Below are positions 29,533-39,174 of a DNA stretch of 64,000 nt, one piece after another. The translations under genes and the position numbers were made by a program. A model generated the notes under the pieces. It was not told the origin of the DNA, did no database searches, and saw only the letters and a program-made list of their open reading frames with translations. How positions within the stretch are numbered: the first letter of the stretch is position 1; each line of letters starts with the position of its first letter. The DNA is from a virus: positions 12,967 through 76,966 of IMG/VR virus record IMGVR_UViG_3300009124_000007, one strand, 5' to 3'.

Positions 29533-31709
29533 TGGCAGACGAAAAGAAAGTCACTGGTAAGCAATCCAAAATCAAAGTCAACCCACGATCTGAAGAAATA
29601 ATGGAACGCAGAACTAATATCGCAAGACAAATCCTCGGCAATAAACTCACAGAAATGAGAGTTGCCGATGACTTTGATCACTTTGCAGCAGATCATTTCA
29701 CTGATGAAGAACTTCTAGAAATCTGCGAAGAAGTTCTCTCAGAAATGAATACTGAAGATCTGGAAGAGATCTGTGAAGCGATTGAAACTAACCTGGAAGT
29801 CATCTCTGAGAGAATGGATCCTAAAGAGATCCAACGTCGTAGAGACCAGGCAAAGGATAGACTTGCAACTGGTGCTGCAATGAAGAAAGCAGCAGAAAAG
29901 TCTGCTGCAGAGAAATCCTCAACCACATCTTCCGATGCAAAACCATCTCGTGCAGAACGTGTCAAGTCTGCTCTCAAGAAAGCTGCTTCGACCACTAAGA
30001 ATGTCGCTAAGAAAGTCGCTAAGGGTGCTGGAGAGGTCGCTGGTGCTGCTCGTGCTGGCTACCGCGATGCTGCGGGTTCCTCATCCTCTGGAAATACTGC
30101 TGGATCTTCTAGTGGTTCTTCTAGTAGTTCTTCTTCTTCCTCTAGTGGCGGTGGGTCATCGTCTGGAGGCAGTGGGGAGAACAGAGTCAGACTTCGTGAC
30201 AGACTGAAAGGTGCTATCAAGAAAGGTGTAGGCAAACTTGCACGTTCAGTATCTCGTGGTGCTCGCAACGTTGCTCGTAAGATGGGTGAAGAAACTGTAC
30301 TTGGTTTCTCCGCATTCATTACTGAAGGCAAAGTCAAGTGTAAGGAGTGTGCTGGCAAAGGTTGCAAGCACTGTGGTGATAAGGGTTACATGGTGACCCA
30401 TGACTGCTCCAAGAAAGTAGAACATGCTGAGTGGGGTATTGGTGAGTGTATTGCTGAGCAGCATACACTAGATGAAGAAGGTAACATCACTCACTACGAT
30501 GTTCAGTTTGAGCATGGTTTGGAAGAGAATGTATCTGTAGAGGTTCTCAAGACTCTTGTCTCTGAAATGCATGAACATGCTATCAACTACGACAAGAACC
30601 AGGAGGTACTTGGCGAAAAAAAGGATGAAGAGGGGTTCGCTGGTGAAGCAACCTCTTACAAAGGTGTAGTAATCAGACGTACCAAGTCTGGTTATGAAGC
30701 ACCTAGATTCAATCTAAAGAGCAATTCTGTCGATGGTATCAAGCAGAACATCGATAAAGAGATTGCTAAGGTTGATGAGTCCTACAAACCAGATGCTGCT
30801 AACAACTACAACGGTCCTCTCTATGCTCCCTGGACTGCTGTGAAGAAAGAAGATGTAGAATATGTTGATGAGGATTCCCGTCGTATGAGCAATAAGCAAC
30901 ATACTGCTCGTGTAAAACAAAACATCAAAACTTTTGGAAGTAATTTCACTCCACCCAATAACTATGACCCCGATGCTAATCGTGGTAAGGGTGAAGTTGT
31001 TACTCGTAAACAGATGGAGAAGAAGCGTCGTAAGGCACTTCGTCAAGAAGAAACTATCCTAGAGCGTGGTGACTATTGGCATCCAGATCCTGAGAAGGAT
31101 AAGAAACTGGGTGGTCCTGGTGCTAACCAACGTGCTCGTGAAGATCGTGGATCTAAATCTTCTTCCTCTTCTTCCTCCTCCTCTTCCGATTCTAAGAAAC
31201 TGAAGCCAGGTGAGTCCTATATGGACTATGCTAAGCGTCAGAAGTCGGGTAAGTCTTCTTATGCGTCCAGTGGTAAGACTGCTCGTGAGCGTCTTCAGAA
31301 AGCAGGTGCAAAATTTTCGACTCCTGCTAAGAAAGAAGGACTCCGTGATAAGATCAAGCGTAAGTTGGGTCTGAAAAAAGAAGAGTTTGCCATGCAGGAA
31401 GGCAGAGCAGAAGATGCACAAGCATCTCTAGCAAAAGTCAAAGCACGTCAGAAGGTTCTCGATGCACATGAGAAGAAGACTGGCAGGAAACTTGACATCT
31501 CTAAGACACCTGAGCACAAAGCACACAAGAAAGAATTCCCTGGTGCTAAACGCACTGGTAAGAAAGTTCCTGGTGCTAAGGAGACTCCTGCTGAAACTCA
31601 GCGTAGACAAACCAATCGTCAGGTTTCTAGGGTCGTCAAGCATGGTTACACTTCTAAAGAAAAGAAAGAAGTTGAATCGATGGCAAAGCATACCTCAGCA
31701 AGAGATTGA
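29529..31709 (+). CDS. 726-aa modular basic protein (putative internal head polyprotein) with an internal -1 frameshift signal
   Basis: Modules bounded by EVISE, AFITE, EDVEYVDE, EETILE, EEFAMQE; poly-Ser linkers; CxxCxGxGCxxC module. Confidence 0.7.
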   Translation: MMADEKKVTGKQSKIKVNPRSEEIMERRTNIARQILGNKLTEMRVADDFDHFAADHFTDEELLEICEEVLSEMNTEDLEEICEAIETNLEVISERMDPKEIQRRRDQAKDRLATGAAMKKAAEKSAAEKSSTTSSDAKPSRAERVKSALKKAASTTKNVAKKVAKGAGEVAGAARAGYRDAAGSSSSGNTAGSSSGSSSSSSSSSSGGGSSSGGSGENRVRLRDRLKGAIKKGVGKLARSVSRGARNVARKMGEETVLGFSAFITEGKVKCKECAGKGCKHCGDKGYMVTHDCSKKVEHAEWGIGECIAEQHTLDEEGNITHYDVQFEHGLEENVSVEVLKTLVSEMHEHAINYDKNQEVLGEKKDEEGFAGEATSYKGVVIRRTKSGYEAPRFNLKSNSVDGIKQNIDKEIAKVDESYKPDAANNYNGPLYAPWTAVKKEDVEYVDEDSRRMSNKQHTARVKQNIKTFGSNFTPPNNYDPDANRGKGEVVTRKQMEKKRRKALRQEETILERGDYWHPDPEKDKKLGGPGANQRAREDRGSKSSSSSSSSSSDSKKLKPGESYMDYAKRQKSGKSSYASSGKTARERLQKAGAKFSTPAKKEGLRDKIKRKLGLKKEEFAMQEGRAEDAQASLAKVKARQKVLDAHEKKTGRKLDISKTPEHKAHKKEFPGAKRTGKKVPGAKETPAETQRRQTNRQVSRVVKHGYTSKEKKEVESMAKHTSARD
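30076..30170 (+). repeat. low-complexity TCT/TCC tract encoding poly-Ser/Gly
   Basis: GSSSSGNTAGSSSGSSSSSSSSSSGGGSSSGG; a second poly-Ser tract lies near 31158-31187. Confidence 0.7.
30601..30657 (+). other. putative programmed -1 ribosomal frameshift cassette
   Basis: AGGAGG(30601-06), 10 nt, in-frame A_AAA_AAG(30617-23), -1 stop TGA(30626-28), stem-loop 30628-57. Confidence 0.65.
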
Positions 31710-31732
31710 GCATATATAAGGTATAATCCTAT

Positions 31733-31945
31733 TTGGTAACACCCATGGTATCATTTCTACTTCCACTTGCTTATAAAGTAGTCGATGCTGCAGTTGCTAA
31801 GATTCCTGATGATGCAGAACTAGGTGAGAAACTCATCGATCTCTGTCTTCTGATCGTTGGCAAAGCAGTAAAACTAACTAAGACTACTGCTGATGATGAA
31901 CTATTTGAGAAGGTAAAAGAAGCACTCCAAACCCGCGAGGGTTGA
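31733..31945 (+). CDS. small conserved hypothetical protein
   Basis: LLPLAYKVVDAAVAKIPDDAELGEKLIDLC...TKTTADDEL. Confidence 0.65.
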   Translation: MVTPMVSFLLPLAYKVVDAAVAKIPDDAELGEKLIDLCLLIVGKAVKLTKTTADDELFEKVKEALQTREG

Positions 31946-31950
31946 GTTTT

Positions 31951-31981
31951 AGAGGGGCAAAAGCCCCTCTTTTTATAAATA
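31951..31981 (+). terminator. terminator followed by a T4-type late promoter
   Basis: AGAGGGGC-AAAA-GCCCCTCT-TTTT, then TATAAATA(31974-81). Confidence 0.8.
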
Positions 31982-32010
31982 AATATTAGGAAAACATTCG
32001 GGGAACACTC

Positions 32011-32595
32011 ATGTCTTTATACGGAAGAGTTGACTCTGTTGCCAACCAGACCGCTGTTGGTCTTACTAGAGGTAATGGCGCAGGGTCTGCAACAGAAACA
32101 ATTGTTTTCGTTGACGAAACGGAAGCAGGTCTTGCAGCAAACAAAGAGCGTGGCATCACTGCTCCTGGTTGGTGGGCATATCGTACCTACACTGATGCAG
32201 CAGGTAGCACCCGTCATAAAGCAGAGCACCTGATGGTTCTCACTAATCCTGAGGCAAACGCACAAGAGACTCTCGCTGACGACACCATCGCAGCAGACGT
32301 TCAAGCACTCATCACCATCTCTGCACAACCTACCGATCAGACCACCGTCAGCGGCGCAGCAACCTTCAGCGTTACTGCTGCTTGTGATAACAGTGGCACG
32401 GTTACCTTCCAGTGGCAGAAGAAGACAGCAGGTAGCACCCGCTATGTCAACGTCTCTGGTGCAACCTCTGCATCTCTGGCACTCACAGGTCAAACCGCAT
32501 CCGAAACTGGTGACAAGTATCGCGTCAAGTTGAATGCTAACGTTGGTGCTCCTGAGGTTATCTCTGATGCTGTAACACTAACATTTGGCACCTGA
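32011..32595 (+). CDS. virion structural protein with C-terminal Ig-like domain
   Basis: ITISAQP...ATFSVTA...FQWQ...KYRV; late promoter upstream. Confidence 0.75.
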   Translation: MSLYGRVDSVANQTAVGLTRGNGAGSATETIVFVDETEAGLAANKERGITAPGWWAYRTYTDAAGSTRHKAEHLMVLTNPEANAQETLADDTIAADVQALITISAQPTDQTTVSGAATFSVTAACDNSGTVTFQWQKKTAGSTRYVNVSGATSASLALTGQTASETGDKYRVKLNANVGAPEVISDAVTLTFGT

Positions 32596-32601
32596 TAATA
32601 T

Positions 32602-32964
32602 ATGAACTTCAGCGAACTGAATGCTAATAACTACATTCTGTTCGCCATCAAACATTATGAAAATCCTCAGAGCGTAACGCGAGAGGATTTTGATGAAGAC
32701 ATGAAACGCTTCAAGTATCTCAAGAGATTGTTCAAGAGATACTTGAAGTCTCATGATTTGAGAACTCATCTCATCATCAATCATATTATTATTTTGTATA
32801 ATGTTTTTGGCGAAGCAGCAACACCGTTACTCTTTTTCAAACTGGAAAGGGAGTATTGGCCTTTGCTAAAAACCTTTCTATTATTTTTGAATAAATATCC
32901 TGTAGGCATGTTGCCAGGATTAGATATCGAAGAAGAAATTCAAGAGGAGCTTGATAAACTATGA
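32602..32964 (+). CDS. conserved T4-like hypothetical protein
   Basis: FAIKHYENPQ...DMKRFKYLKRL...HLIINHIIILYNVFG. Confidence 0.8.
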   Translation: MNFSELNANNYILFAIKHYENPQSVTREDFDEDMKRFKYLKRLFKRYLKSHDLRTHLIINHIIILYNVFGEAATPLLFFKLEREYWPLLKTFLLFLNKYPVGMLPGLDIEEEIQEELDKL

Positions 32965-33875
32965 TGACCGTAGGTACTGGTGGTTTTAGTGGTTCCGCTG
33001 CAGCAACTGGACCTGTAGCAGGGTTCGATCCTGTCTTGGATTTTCGTAAGAGAATGGCAAACAAGATCAAAGATCATCCTTATGCCCAGCAGTATAAGGA
33101 GAAGCGTAAGAAAGCAAAAAAACTGAAAGAGGCAATGGATCGCCATGCCCATCAGGTTGCTCATCTCTACCAGTACAAAGTAAACATCCCTGAAGTGGGT
33201 GAAACTATTATCTTCGCATCTTCGCAAGCAGAACTAACAATGAAGATGCGTCTTCTTATCAACCCACGCTATCGTGGTGATGTAAAGATTGATAGAATCT
33301 TCCCTTCTGATGCTGGAAAGTTTTATAACGAAAAGAGAATGAAAGCATATAAAAATCTCCCTGAGCAGATGGAAGATCCTGCAGACAAAGCAGCAGCTGC
33401 TTCGGCAAAGAAAGAGCAAGATGCTGCTAAGAAGGCAAATGATGCTGCTAAGAAACAAGCAGCAGCACTGAAGAAGCAACAGTCGCAGAAAGAAATTGCC
33501 ACCAAGATTGCTGCAGAGAAGAAAAAAATTCAACTGAAGACTGCAGAGATGCAGAAAACACTGCAAACTAAGATTGCAGGCATGAAAAAAGCAGCAGCAT
33601 CTGGCGCATCTACTGGTGGTGTTGCCGAAGAGTTCATGCATGAATCTTCAGGTGGTAACATCGATGCAATCAAAAAGATTGCTGATAGCAATCAACCAGG
33701 TAAGATTACATTCTTGAATGGCGAGAGTTTCCAACTCCAACCAGCAATTGCACAGAAAATTTTCCAAGCATACGAGACACTAGGTATGCAAAGGAACAAA
33801 GCGAAGTTTAGTAATGCTGCAAATGAGAATACACAATCATTCCAAAAGATCTTAGATTTTGTGGGGCAGTCATAA
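32961..33875 (+). CDS. modular hypothetical protein (possible third head polyprotein)
   Basis: GPVAGFDP N-terminal module, Ala/Lys coiled module, C-terminal module after EEFMHE. Confidence 0.65.
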   Translation: MMTVGTGGFSGSAAATGPVAGFDPVLDFRKRMANKIKDHPYAQQYKEKRKKAKKLKEAMDRHAHQVAHLYQYKVNIPEVGETIIFASSQAELTMKMRLLINPRYRGDVKIDRIFPSDAGKFYNEKRMKAYKNLPEQMEDPADKAAAASAKKEQDAAKKANDAAKKQAAALKKQQSQKEIATKIAAEKKKIQLKTAEMQKTLQTKIAGMKKAAASGASTGGVAEEFMHESSGGNIDAIKKIADSNQPGKITFLNGESFQLQPAIAQKIFQAYETLGMQRNKAKFSNAANENTQSFQKILDFVGQS

Positions 33876-34300
33876 TGGCCTTCGGTCTTCAAAAATTAGC
33901 AGTTCTTGAATCCAAACTCGATATTTATGAAGATCTCTCTAAAGAGATGCTTGACAAACTTGAAAGAGCAGTCGGGACTATCTCTGAGAATAGCAATAAG
34001 ATTGCTATAATTCTTGAGCGTCATGAGGCACGTCTAGATGAAGGCGACAAAGCAAACGATGCCATCCTAAAAATGGTGAATGATCACCAGAAGTATGATG
34101 AAAGAATGTTCAATAACTTTGCAGAGAAGTTAGAGACTCTAGAGAAGAAGGTAGACGATAATCAAAAGATGCTCTGGATGGTCACCGTGAGTGCTGGTGC
34201 AGTCATCTTTGTATTACAGATGCTACCTCAACTGGGATTACGGTTGACTCCTACTGGATCGTCTGCTAGCATAGGGACAGCAATCCACCGTTCTGCATGA
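33875..34300 (+). CDS. coiled-coil protein with C-terminal TM
   Basis: KLAVLESKL...ILERHEARL; hydrophobic tail. Confidence 0.7.
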   Translation: MAFGLQKLAVLESKLDIYEDLSKEMLDKLERAVGTISENSNKIAIILERHEARLDEGDKANDAILKMVNDHQKYDERMFNNFAEKLETLEKKVDDNQKMLWMVTVSAGAVIFVLQMLPQLGLRLTPTGSSASIGTAIHRSA

Positions 34301-35292
34301 GCACAGTTGATATGAGGTTTGCGGATCTTGTGGGTCCGAGACTTCAGAAGTTTGTCCGTAAGAAGAGCGGACTATGGAACTTTCGTTGTCCTTATTGTGG
34401 GGACTCGCAGAAGTATCAGAACAAAGCACGAGGATACTTCTTCCTGAAGAAGAATGACATCGTGTACAAGTGTCACAACTGTGGTGTTGGGAGGTCTTTC
34501 GGTGGGTTCCTGAAGGATAATGCTCCTGATCTCCATGATGAATATGTCATGGAAAGGTACAAGAAGGGATTGACTGGTAAAGGTAGAAATGTTGCTGACC
34601 CAGAGTTCAAAACTACCAAACCTGTCTTCATATCTAAACCTACAGGTCTTACAAAAATTTCTGACCTAAATATTTCTCACCCAGCAAAGAAATATCTTCT
34701 AAGCAGACAGTTACCAGAAGACGCAATGCAGCGTCTATATTACGTTGATAGATTTCAGCACTGGGTCAACACACAAAAGAAAACTTTTCCAAATTCAAAT
34801 GCTGATCATCCACGAATCATTATCCCTCTTATCGATAGAGATGGAAGTTGGTTTGGGTTTCAGGGCAGGTCCCTAAATCCTAAGGATAAGATGAGATATA
34901 TTACTATCATGTTAGATGATAGCAAACCAAAGATTTATGGATTGGACAAAGTTGATGACAAACGAACAGTCTACGTCACAGAAGGACCCTTTGACTCCTA
35001 TTTCATTAGGAACTCTGTTGCTATGTGTGGTAGCGATGTTGACTACCGCTCTCTATCTTATCGAGATAGGGTCTGGGTCTTCGATAATGAACCAAGAAAC
35101 AAAGAGATCGTTGCAAAGATTGCAAAGACCACCGAGTCAGGAGATAAGGTAGTCATCTGGCCTTCTAGCATCAAAGAGAAAGATCTAAATGATATGTTCA
35201 TTGCTGGTCACGACGTTCAGTCTGTGGTAGAATCTAATACCTTCAGTGGTTTACAAGCACAAGTCAAATTTTCAGAGTGGAAAAAAGTATGA
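34297..35292 (+). CDS. gp61: DNA primase
   Basis: CPYCGDS...CHNCG zinc finger, TEGPFDS, FDNEPRN, KDLNDM. Confidence 0.96.
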   Translation: MSTVDMRFADLVGPRLQKFVRKKSGLWNFRCPYCGDSQKYQNKARGYFFLKKNDIVYKCHNCGVGRSFGGFLKDNAPDLHDEYVMERYKKGLTGKGRNVADPEFKTTKPVFISKPTGLTKISDLNISHPAKKYLLSRQLPEDAMQRLYYVDRFQHWVNTQKKTFPNSNADHPRIIIPLIDRDGSWFGFQGRSLNPKDKMRYITIMLDDSKPKIYGLDKVDDKRTVYVTEGPFDSYFIRNSVAMCGSDVDYRSLSYRDRVWVFDNEPRNKEIVAKIAKTTESGDKVVIWPSSIKEKDLNDMFIAGHDVQSVVESNTFSGLQAQVKFSEWKKV

Positions 35293-37592
35293 GTAACGGC
35301 ATCAAAGTTGTAAAGCGAGACGGAAGTACCGAGAAGATCAATCTCGATAAGGTACATAAGATGGTTGAACATGCCTGTGCAGGTCTTGCAGGTGTTTCTG
35401 CTTCTCAGGTTGAGATCAGTTCTGGTCTACAATTTTTCGATGGTATCAAGACTAGCGACATTCAAGAGATTCTTGTACGTTCTGCAAATGATCTGATTAG
35501 TTTGGAAGCACCCAACTATCAGTATGTGGCAGCACGACTGTTGTTATTTGGTCTTCGTAAGAGAGTGTATGGCGAGCACCCAGATAATCACCCACCTCTC
35601 CTAGAACATTGTTACAAATGCGTAAGTGGAGCAGTATATGAAGGGCAAATTTTGCGTAAATATACTGCAGAGGAATGGGCACAAATTGATAGTTGGATTG
35701 ATCATGATCGTGACATGCTATTCACTTATGCAGGTCTACGTCAGGTCGTTGACAAGTACCTCGTGCAAGATAGAAGCAGTGGCGAAGTATATGAGACGCC
35801 ACAATATATGTACATGATGATCGCTGTTACTCTGTTCCAAGATTATCCTAAGGAGACTCGTCTCGAATATGTCCGACGCTACTACGACGCAATCTCAAAG
35901 CACAAAATCAACATCCCAACCCCTGTCATGGCAGGAGTTCGGACGCCACTTCGACAGTTTGCTAGCTGTGTTCTTGTTGATGTTGATGACACCCTCGATA
36001 GTATCTTTAGCAGCGACATGGCTATTGGTTACTACGTTGCTCAACGTGCAGGAATCGGCATCAACGCAGGTCGAATCCGTGGCATCAACAGTAAAATCCG
36101 AGGCGGAGAGGTTCAACACACAGGTGTGGTCCCCTTCCTCAAAAAGTTTGAATCAACTGTGCGATGCTGCACACAAAACGGCATCCGAGGTGGGTCAGCT
36201 ACTGTCCACTTTCCTATCTGGCACCAAGAGATAGAAGATATCATTGTTCTCAAGAACAACAAAGGTACAGAAGACAATCGCGTAAGGAAACTTGACTACT
36301 CAATCCAGATTTCAAAACTGTTCTACGAACGATTCATCCAGAACGGAGACATCACCCTCTTCAGTCCGCATGACGTACCAGGTCTGTATGATGCTTTTGG
36401 CACTCCTGAGTTTGATGATCTCTATATCAAGTATGAATCTGATGAATCAATTCCTAAGCGATCTGTCCGTGCTCAAGAACTCATTCTGGACCTCCTGAAG
36501 GAGAGAGCAGAGACTGGTCGTTTGTACATCATGAACATCGACCACTGTAACTCCCACTCTTCATTCAAAGATAAGGTAAACATGTCCAACCTGTGTCAGG
36601 AGATCACTCTCCCCACAGATCCTATCGATCACATCGATGATGATGCAGGTGAGATTGCTTTGTGCATTCTGTCTGCTATCAACGTTGGTAAGATCAAGTC
36701 CCTGGATGAGATGGAGAACCTCTGTGACCTCGCTGTGAGGGGTCTGGATGCCCTTATTGACTATCAGGGATACCCAGTTGCTGCTGCTAAGCGTTCGACT
36801 CTTGCTCGCCGTTCTCTGGGCATTGGTTTCATCGGTCTGGCACACTACCTCGCTAAGCATGGATACTATTACAGTGAACCTCAGGCACTCACCCTAGTAC
36901 ATAAATTGACTGAGGCATTCCAGTACAACCTCCTGAAAGCATCTAATGAACTTGCAAGAGAGTATGGTCCATGTGCAGCATATGATCGTACTAAGTATGC
37001 AGATGGTATTTTGCCGATCGATACATACAAGAAGGAAGTTGATGAGTTAGTAGACCCAGAATACGATTATGATTGGGATAGTTTACGGGATGCTATCGCC
37101 CGCCACGGACTACGGAACTCAACACTGTCCGCACAGATGCCATCAGAGAGCAGTTCCGTTGTGTCAAATGCCACAAACGGAATCGAACCACCTAGAGACT
37201 ACTTGTCCATCAAGAAGAGTAAGAAGGGTCCGCTCAAGCAGATCGTTCCTCAGTATGGTTCTCTCAAGAATAACTACACGCTTCTCTGGGACATGCAGTC
37301 CAACGAAGGATACATCAACGTAGTGGCAGTTATCCAAAAGTTCTTCGACCAAGCAATCTCTGGTAACTGGTCTTACAACCCCGAGAACTATCCAGATAAT
37401 GAAGTGCCTGTTTCTGTGATGGCACAAGACTTCCTCAATACATACAAGTATGGTTGGAAGACTTCTTATTATCAAAACACATATGACAACAAAAAAGATG
37501 CAGACATCGACGAGAAATCTGAGAATGTTGACATCCTTATCCAACAACTGCTAGAATCAGAGGAGGAAGATTGTGAGTCCTGCAAAGTCTAA
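35289..37592 (+). CDS. nrdA: class Ia ribonucleotide reductase alpha subunit
   Basis: ATP cone VVKRDG, SCVL, SNLCQEI, C-terminal CESCKV. Confidence 0.97.
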   Translation: MSNGIKVVKRDGSTEKINLDKVHKMVEHACAGLAGVSASQVEISSGLQFFDGIKTSDIQEILVRSANDLISLEAPNYQYVAARLLLFGLRKRVYGEHPDNHPPLLEHCYKCVSGAVYEGQILRKYTAEEWAQIDSWIDHDRDMLFTYAGLRQVVDKYLVQDRSSGEVYETPQYMYMMIAVTLFQDYPKETRLEYVRRYYDAISKHKINIPTPVMAGVRTPLRQFASCVLVDVDDTLDSIFSSDMAIGYYVAQRAGIGINAGRIRGINSKIRGGEVQHTGVVPFLKKFESTVRCCTQNGIRGGSATVHFPIWHQEIEDIIVLKNNKGTEDNRVRKLDYSIQISKLFYERFIQNGDITLFSPHDVPGLYDAFGTPEFDDLYIKYESDESIPKRSVRAQELILDLLKERAETGRLYIMNIDHCNSHSSFKDKVNMSNLCQEITLPTDPIDHIDDDAGEIALCILSAINVGKIKSLDEMENLCDLAVRGLDALIDYQGYPVAAAKRSTLARRSLGIGFIGLAHYLAKHGYYYSEPQALTLVHKLTEAFQYNLLKASNELAREYGPCAAYDRTKYADGILPIDTYKKEVDELVDPEYDYDWDSLRDAIARHGLRNSTLSAQMPSESSSVVSNATNGIEPPRDYLSIKKSKKGPLKQIVPQYGSLKNNYTLLWDMQSNEGYINVVAVIQKFFDQAISGNWSYNPENYPDNEVPVSVMAQDFLNTYKYGWKTSYYQNTYDNKKDADIDEKSENVDILIQQLLESEEEDCESCKV

Positions 37593-38736
37593 AGAAGTAT
37601 CTGGTATGACCGTATTCAACAAAAAGAAAGTAAACAGCAAGAAACAACCTATGTTTTTTGGACAACCACTCGGTGTCCAACGCTATGACGGATTCAAGTA
37701 TCCAGTATTTGATCGACTAACGCAGCAGCAACTGGGGTATTTCTGGAGACCTGAAGAGGTCTCCCTCCAGAAGGATCGTGCAGACTATGCACAACTGACT
37801 CCTGAGCAAAAGCATATCTTCACCAGCAACCTGAAGTATCAGATCATGCTGGACTCTGTGCAGGGTCGTGGTCCTGGTATGGCATTCATTCCATACTGCT
37901 CCCTCCCTGAACTGGAAGCATGTATGACTGTGTGGGAGTTCATGGAGATGATCCACTCTCGTTCATACACATACATCATCAAGAATGTGTACTCTGACCC
38001 AGGTGAGGTGTTTGATACTATTCTCGATGATGAACGTATCATCCAGCGTTCTGCTTCTGTTACTGAATCGTATGATCAATTCATTGAACATGCTCATCAG
38101 TATGACAACACTACTACTTGGGAACTTGCTAAGGAAGGACACGTATCTGGTATCTACGATCGTGTCGAACTGAAGCGTAAACTCTATCGTGCTATTGCTA
38201 ATGTCAATATCCTGGAGGGCATCCGCTTCTATGTTAGTTTTGCTTGCAGTTTTGCTTTCGGTGAAAATAAACTCATGGAAGGTTCTGCAAAAATCCTATC
38301 CCTTATTGCTCGTGATGAGAATCAACACCTGGTGATCACTCAAAACATCATGAACAAGTGGCGTGATGGAGATGATCCTGAGATGCAGCAGATTGCTATC
38401 GAAGAGGAAGAGAATGTCATCAACATGTTCCGTCAGACCGTGGATGAAGAGAAGGCATGGGCAGAGTATCTGTTCAAAGATGGATCTATGATCGGTCTGA
38501 ATGAACGTCTTCTTGGTCAGTATGTTGAATGGATTGCTAACCGTCGTATGAAAGCGATTGGCATCAAACCTATCTATGATATCCCTGCTAAGAACAACCC
38601 TCTGCCCTGGACTGAGCACTGGTTGAACAGTAAGGGTCAACAAAATGCACCTCAAGAAACGGAGATTGAAAGTTATGTCATCGGAGGAATCAAACAAGAT
38701 CTCAAAGCAGACACCTTCGCAGGGTTCTCCCTCTGA
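37573..38736 (+). CDS. nrdB: class Ia ribonucleotide reductase beta subunit
   Basis: FWRPEEV, EMIHSRSY, EGIRFY, RDENQH, APQETE; start may be at MTVF. Confidence 0.97.
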   Translation: MSPAKSKEVSGMTVFNKKKVNSKKQPMFFGQPLGVQRYDGFKYPVFDRLTQQQLGYFWRPEEVSLQKDRADYAQLTPEQKHIFTSNLKYQIMLDSVQGRGPGMAFIPYCSLPELEACMTVWEFMEMIHSRSYTYIIKNVYSDPGEVFDTILDDERIIQRSASVTESYDQFIEHAHQYDNTTTWELAKEGHVSGIYDRVELKRKLYRAIANVNILEGIRFYVSFACSFAFGENKLMEGSAKILSLIARDENQHLVITQNIMNKWRDGDDPEMQQIAIEEEENVINMFRQTVDEEKAWAEYLFKDGSMIGLNERLLGQYVEWIANRRMKAIGIKPIYDIPAKNNPLPWTEHWLNSKGQQNAPQETEIESYVIGGIKQDLKADTFAGFSL

Positions 38737-38956
38737 GATTCAAAAGGACCTCTACACAGAGGTCACTAACTATTATAACAATCAGAGTGACGCTTGGATA
38801 GATAGTCTTTATGATGAGCTCATCAATAGCGGTAACGAATTAGAAGACCATGAAAATTTCTTCGATATTTGGGACAAAAACTACGCCAAGCGTCAACTCC
38901 TCAGAAGACTCAAAGCAGAAGAACCAGACGTGGACCTGGACGAAATGGGGCAATAA
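38645..38956 (+). CDS. acidic hypothetical protein (start uncertain)
   Basis: ORF overlapping the nrdB end. Confidence 0.45.
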   Translation: MHLKKRRLKVMSSEESNKISKQTPSQGSPSEIQKDLYTEVTNYYNNQSDAWIDSLYDELINSGNELEDHENFFDIWDKNYAKRQLLRRLKAEEPDVDLDEMGQ

Positions 38957-39125
38957 CGTTGATATTCCTGAACGTCTCACAAAAGAACAGGTTCAGGAAA
39001 TGATCGATAAGGCTATTGACAACCACAATAAAACTGCTACAATGATATCAGCATCGATAGGAGGGGTTCTCCTCTTCTTCTATGCTCATGGTGTACTCGC
39101 TGTGATCGATCGTGTATCACACTGA
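38850..39125 (+). CDS. small membrane protein (start uncertain)
   Basis: VQEMIDKAIDNHNKTATMIS...FYAHG. Confidence 0.55.
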   Translation: MKISSIFGTKTTPSVNSSEDSKQKNQTWTWTKWGNNVDIPERLTKEQVQEMIDKAIDNHNKTATMISASIGGVLLFFYAHGVLAVIDRVSH

Positions 39126-39174
39126 ACAGCACCATGTCGTATAAATAATATGGTAACAATAGTTACCACTTATA

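Noticed and set aside
33515-33595. A-runs in ORF 32961 (and at 31374) as further frameshift sites
   Set aside because: Not in-frame X_XXY_YYZ of the A_AAA_AAG type, and no SD or hairpin stimulators seen
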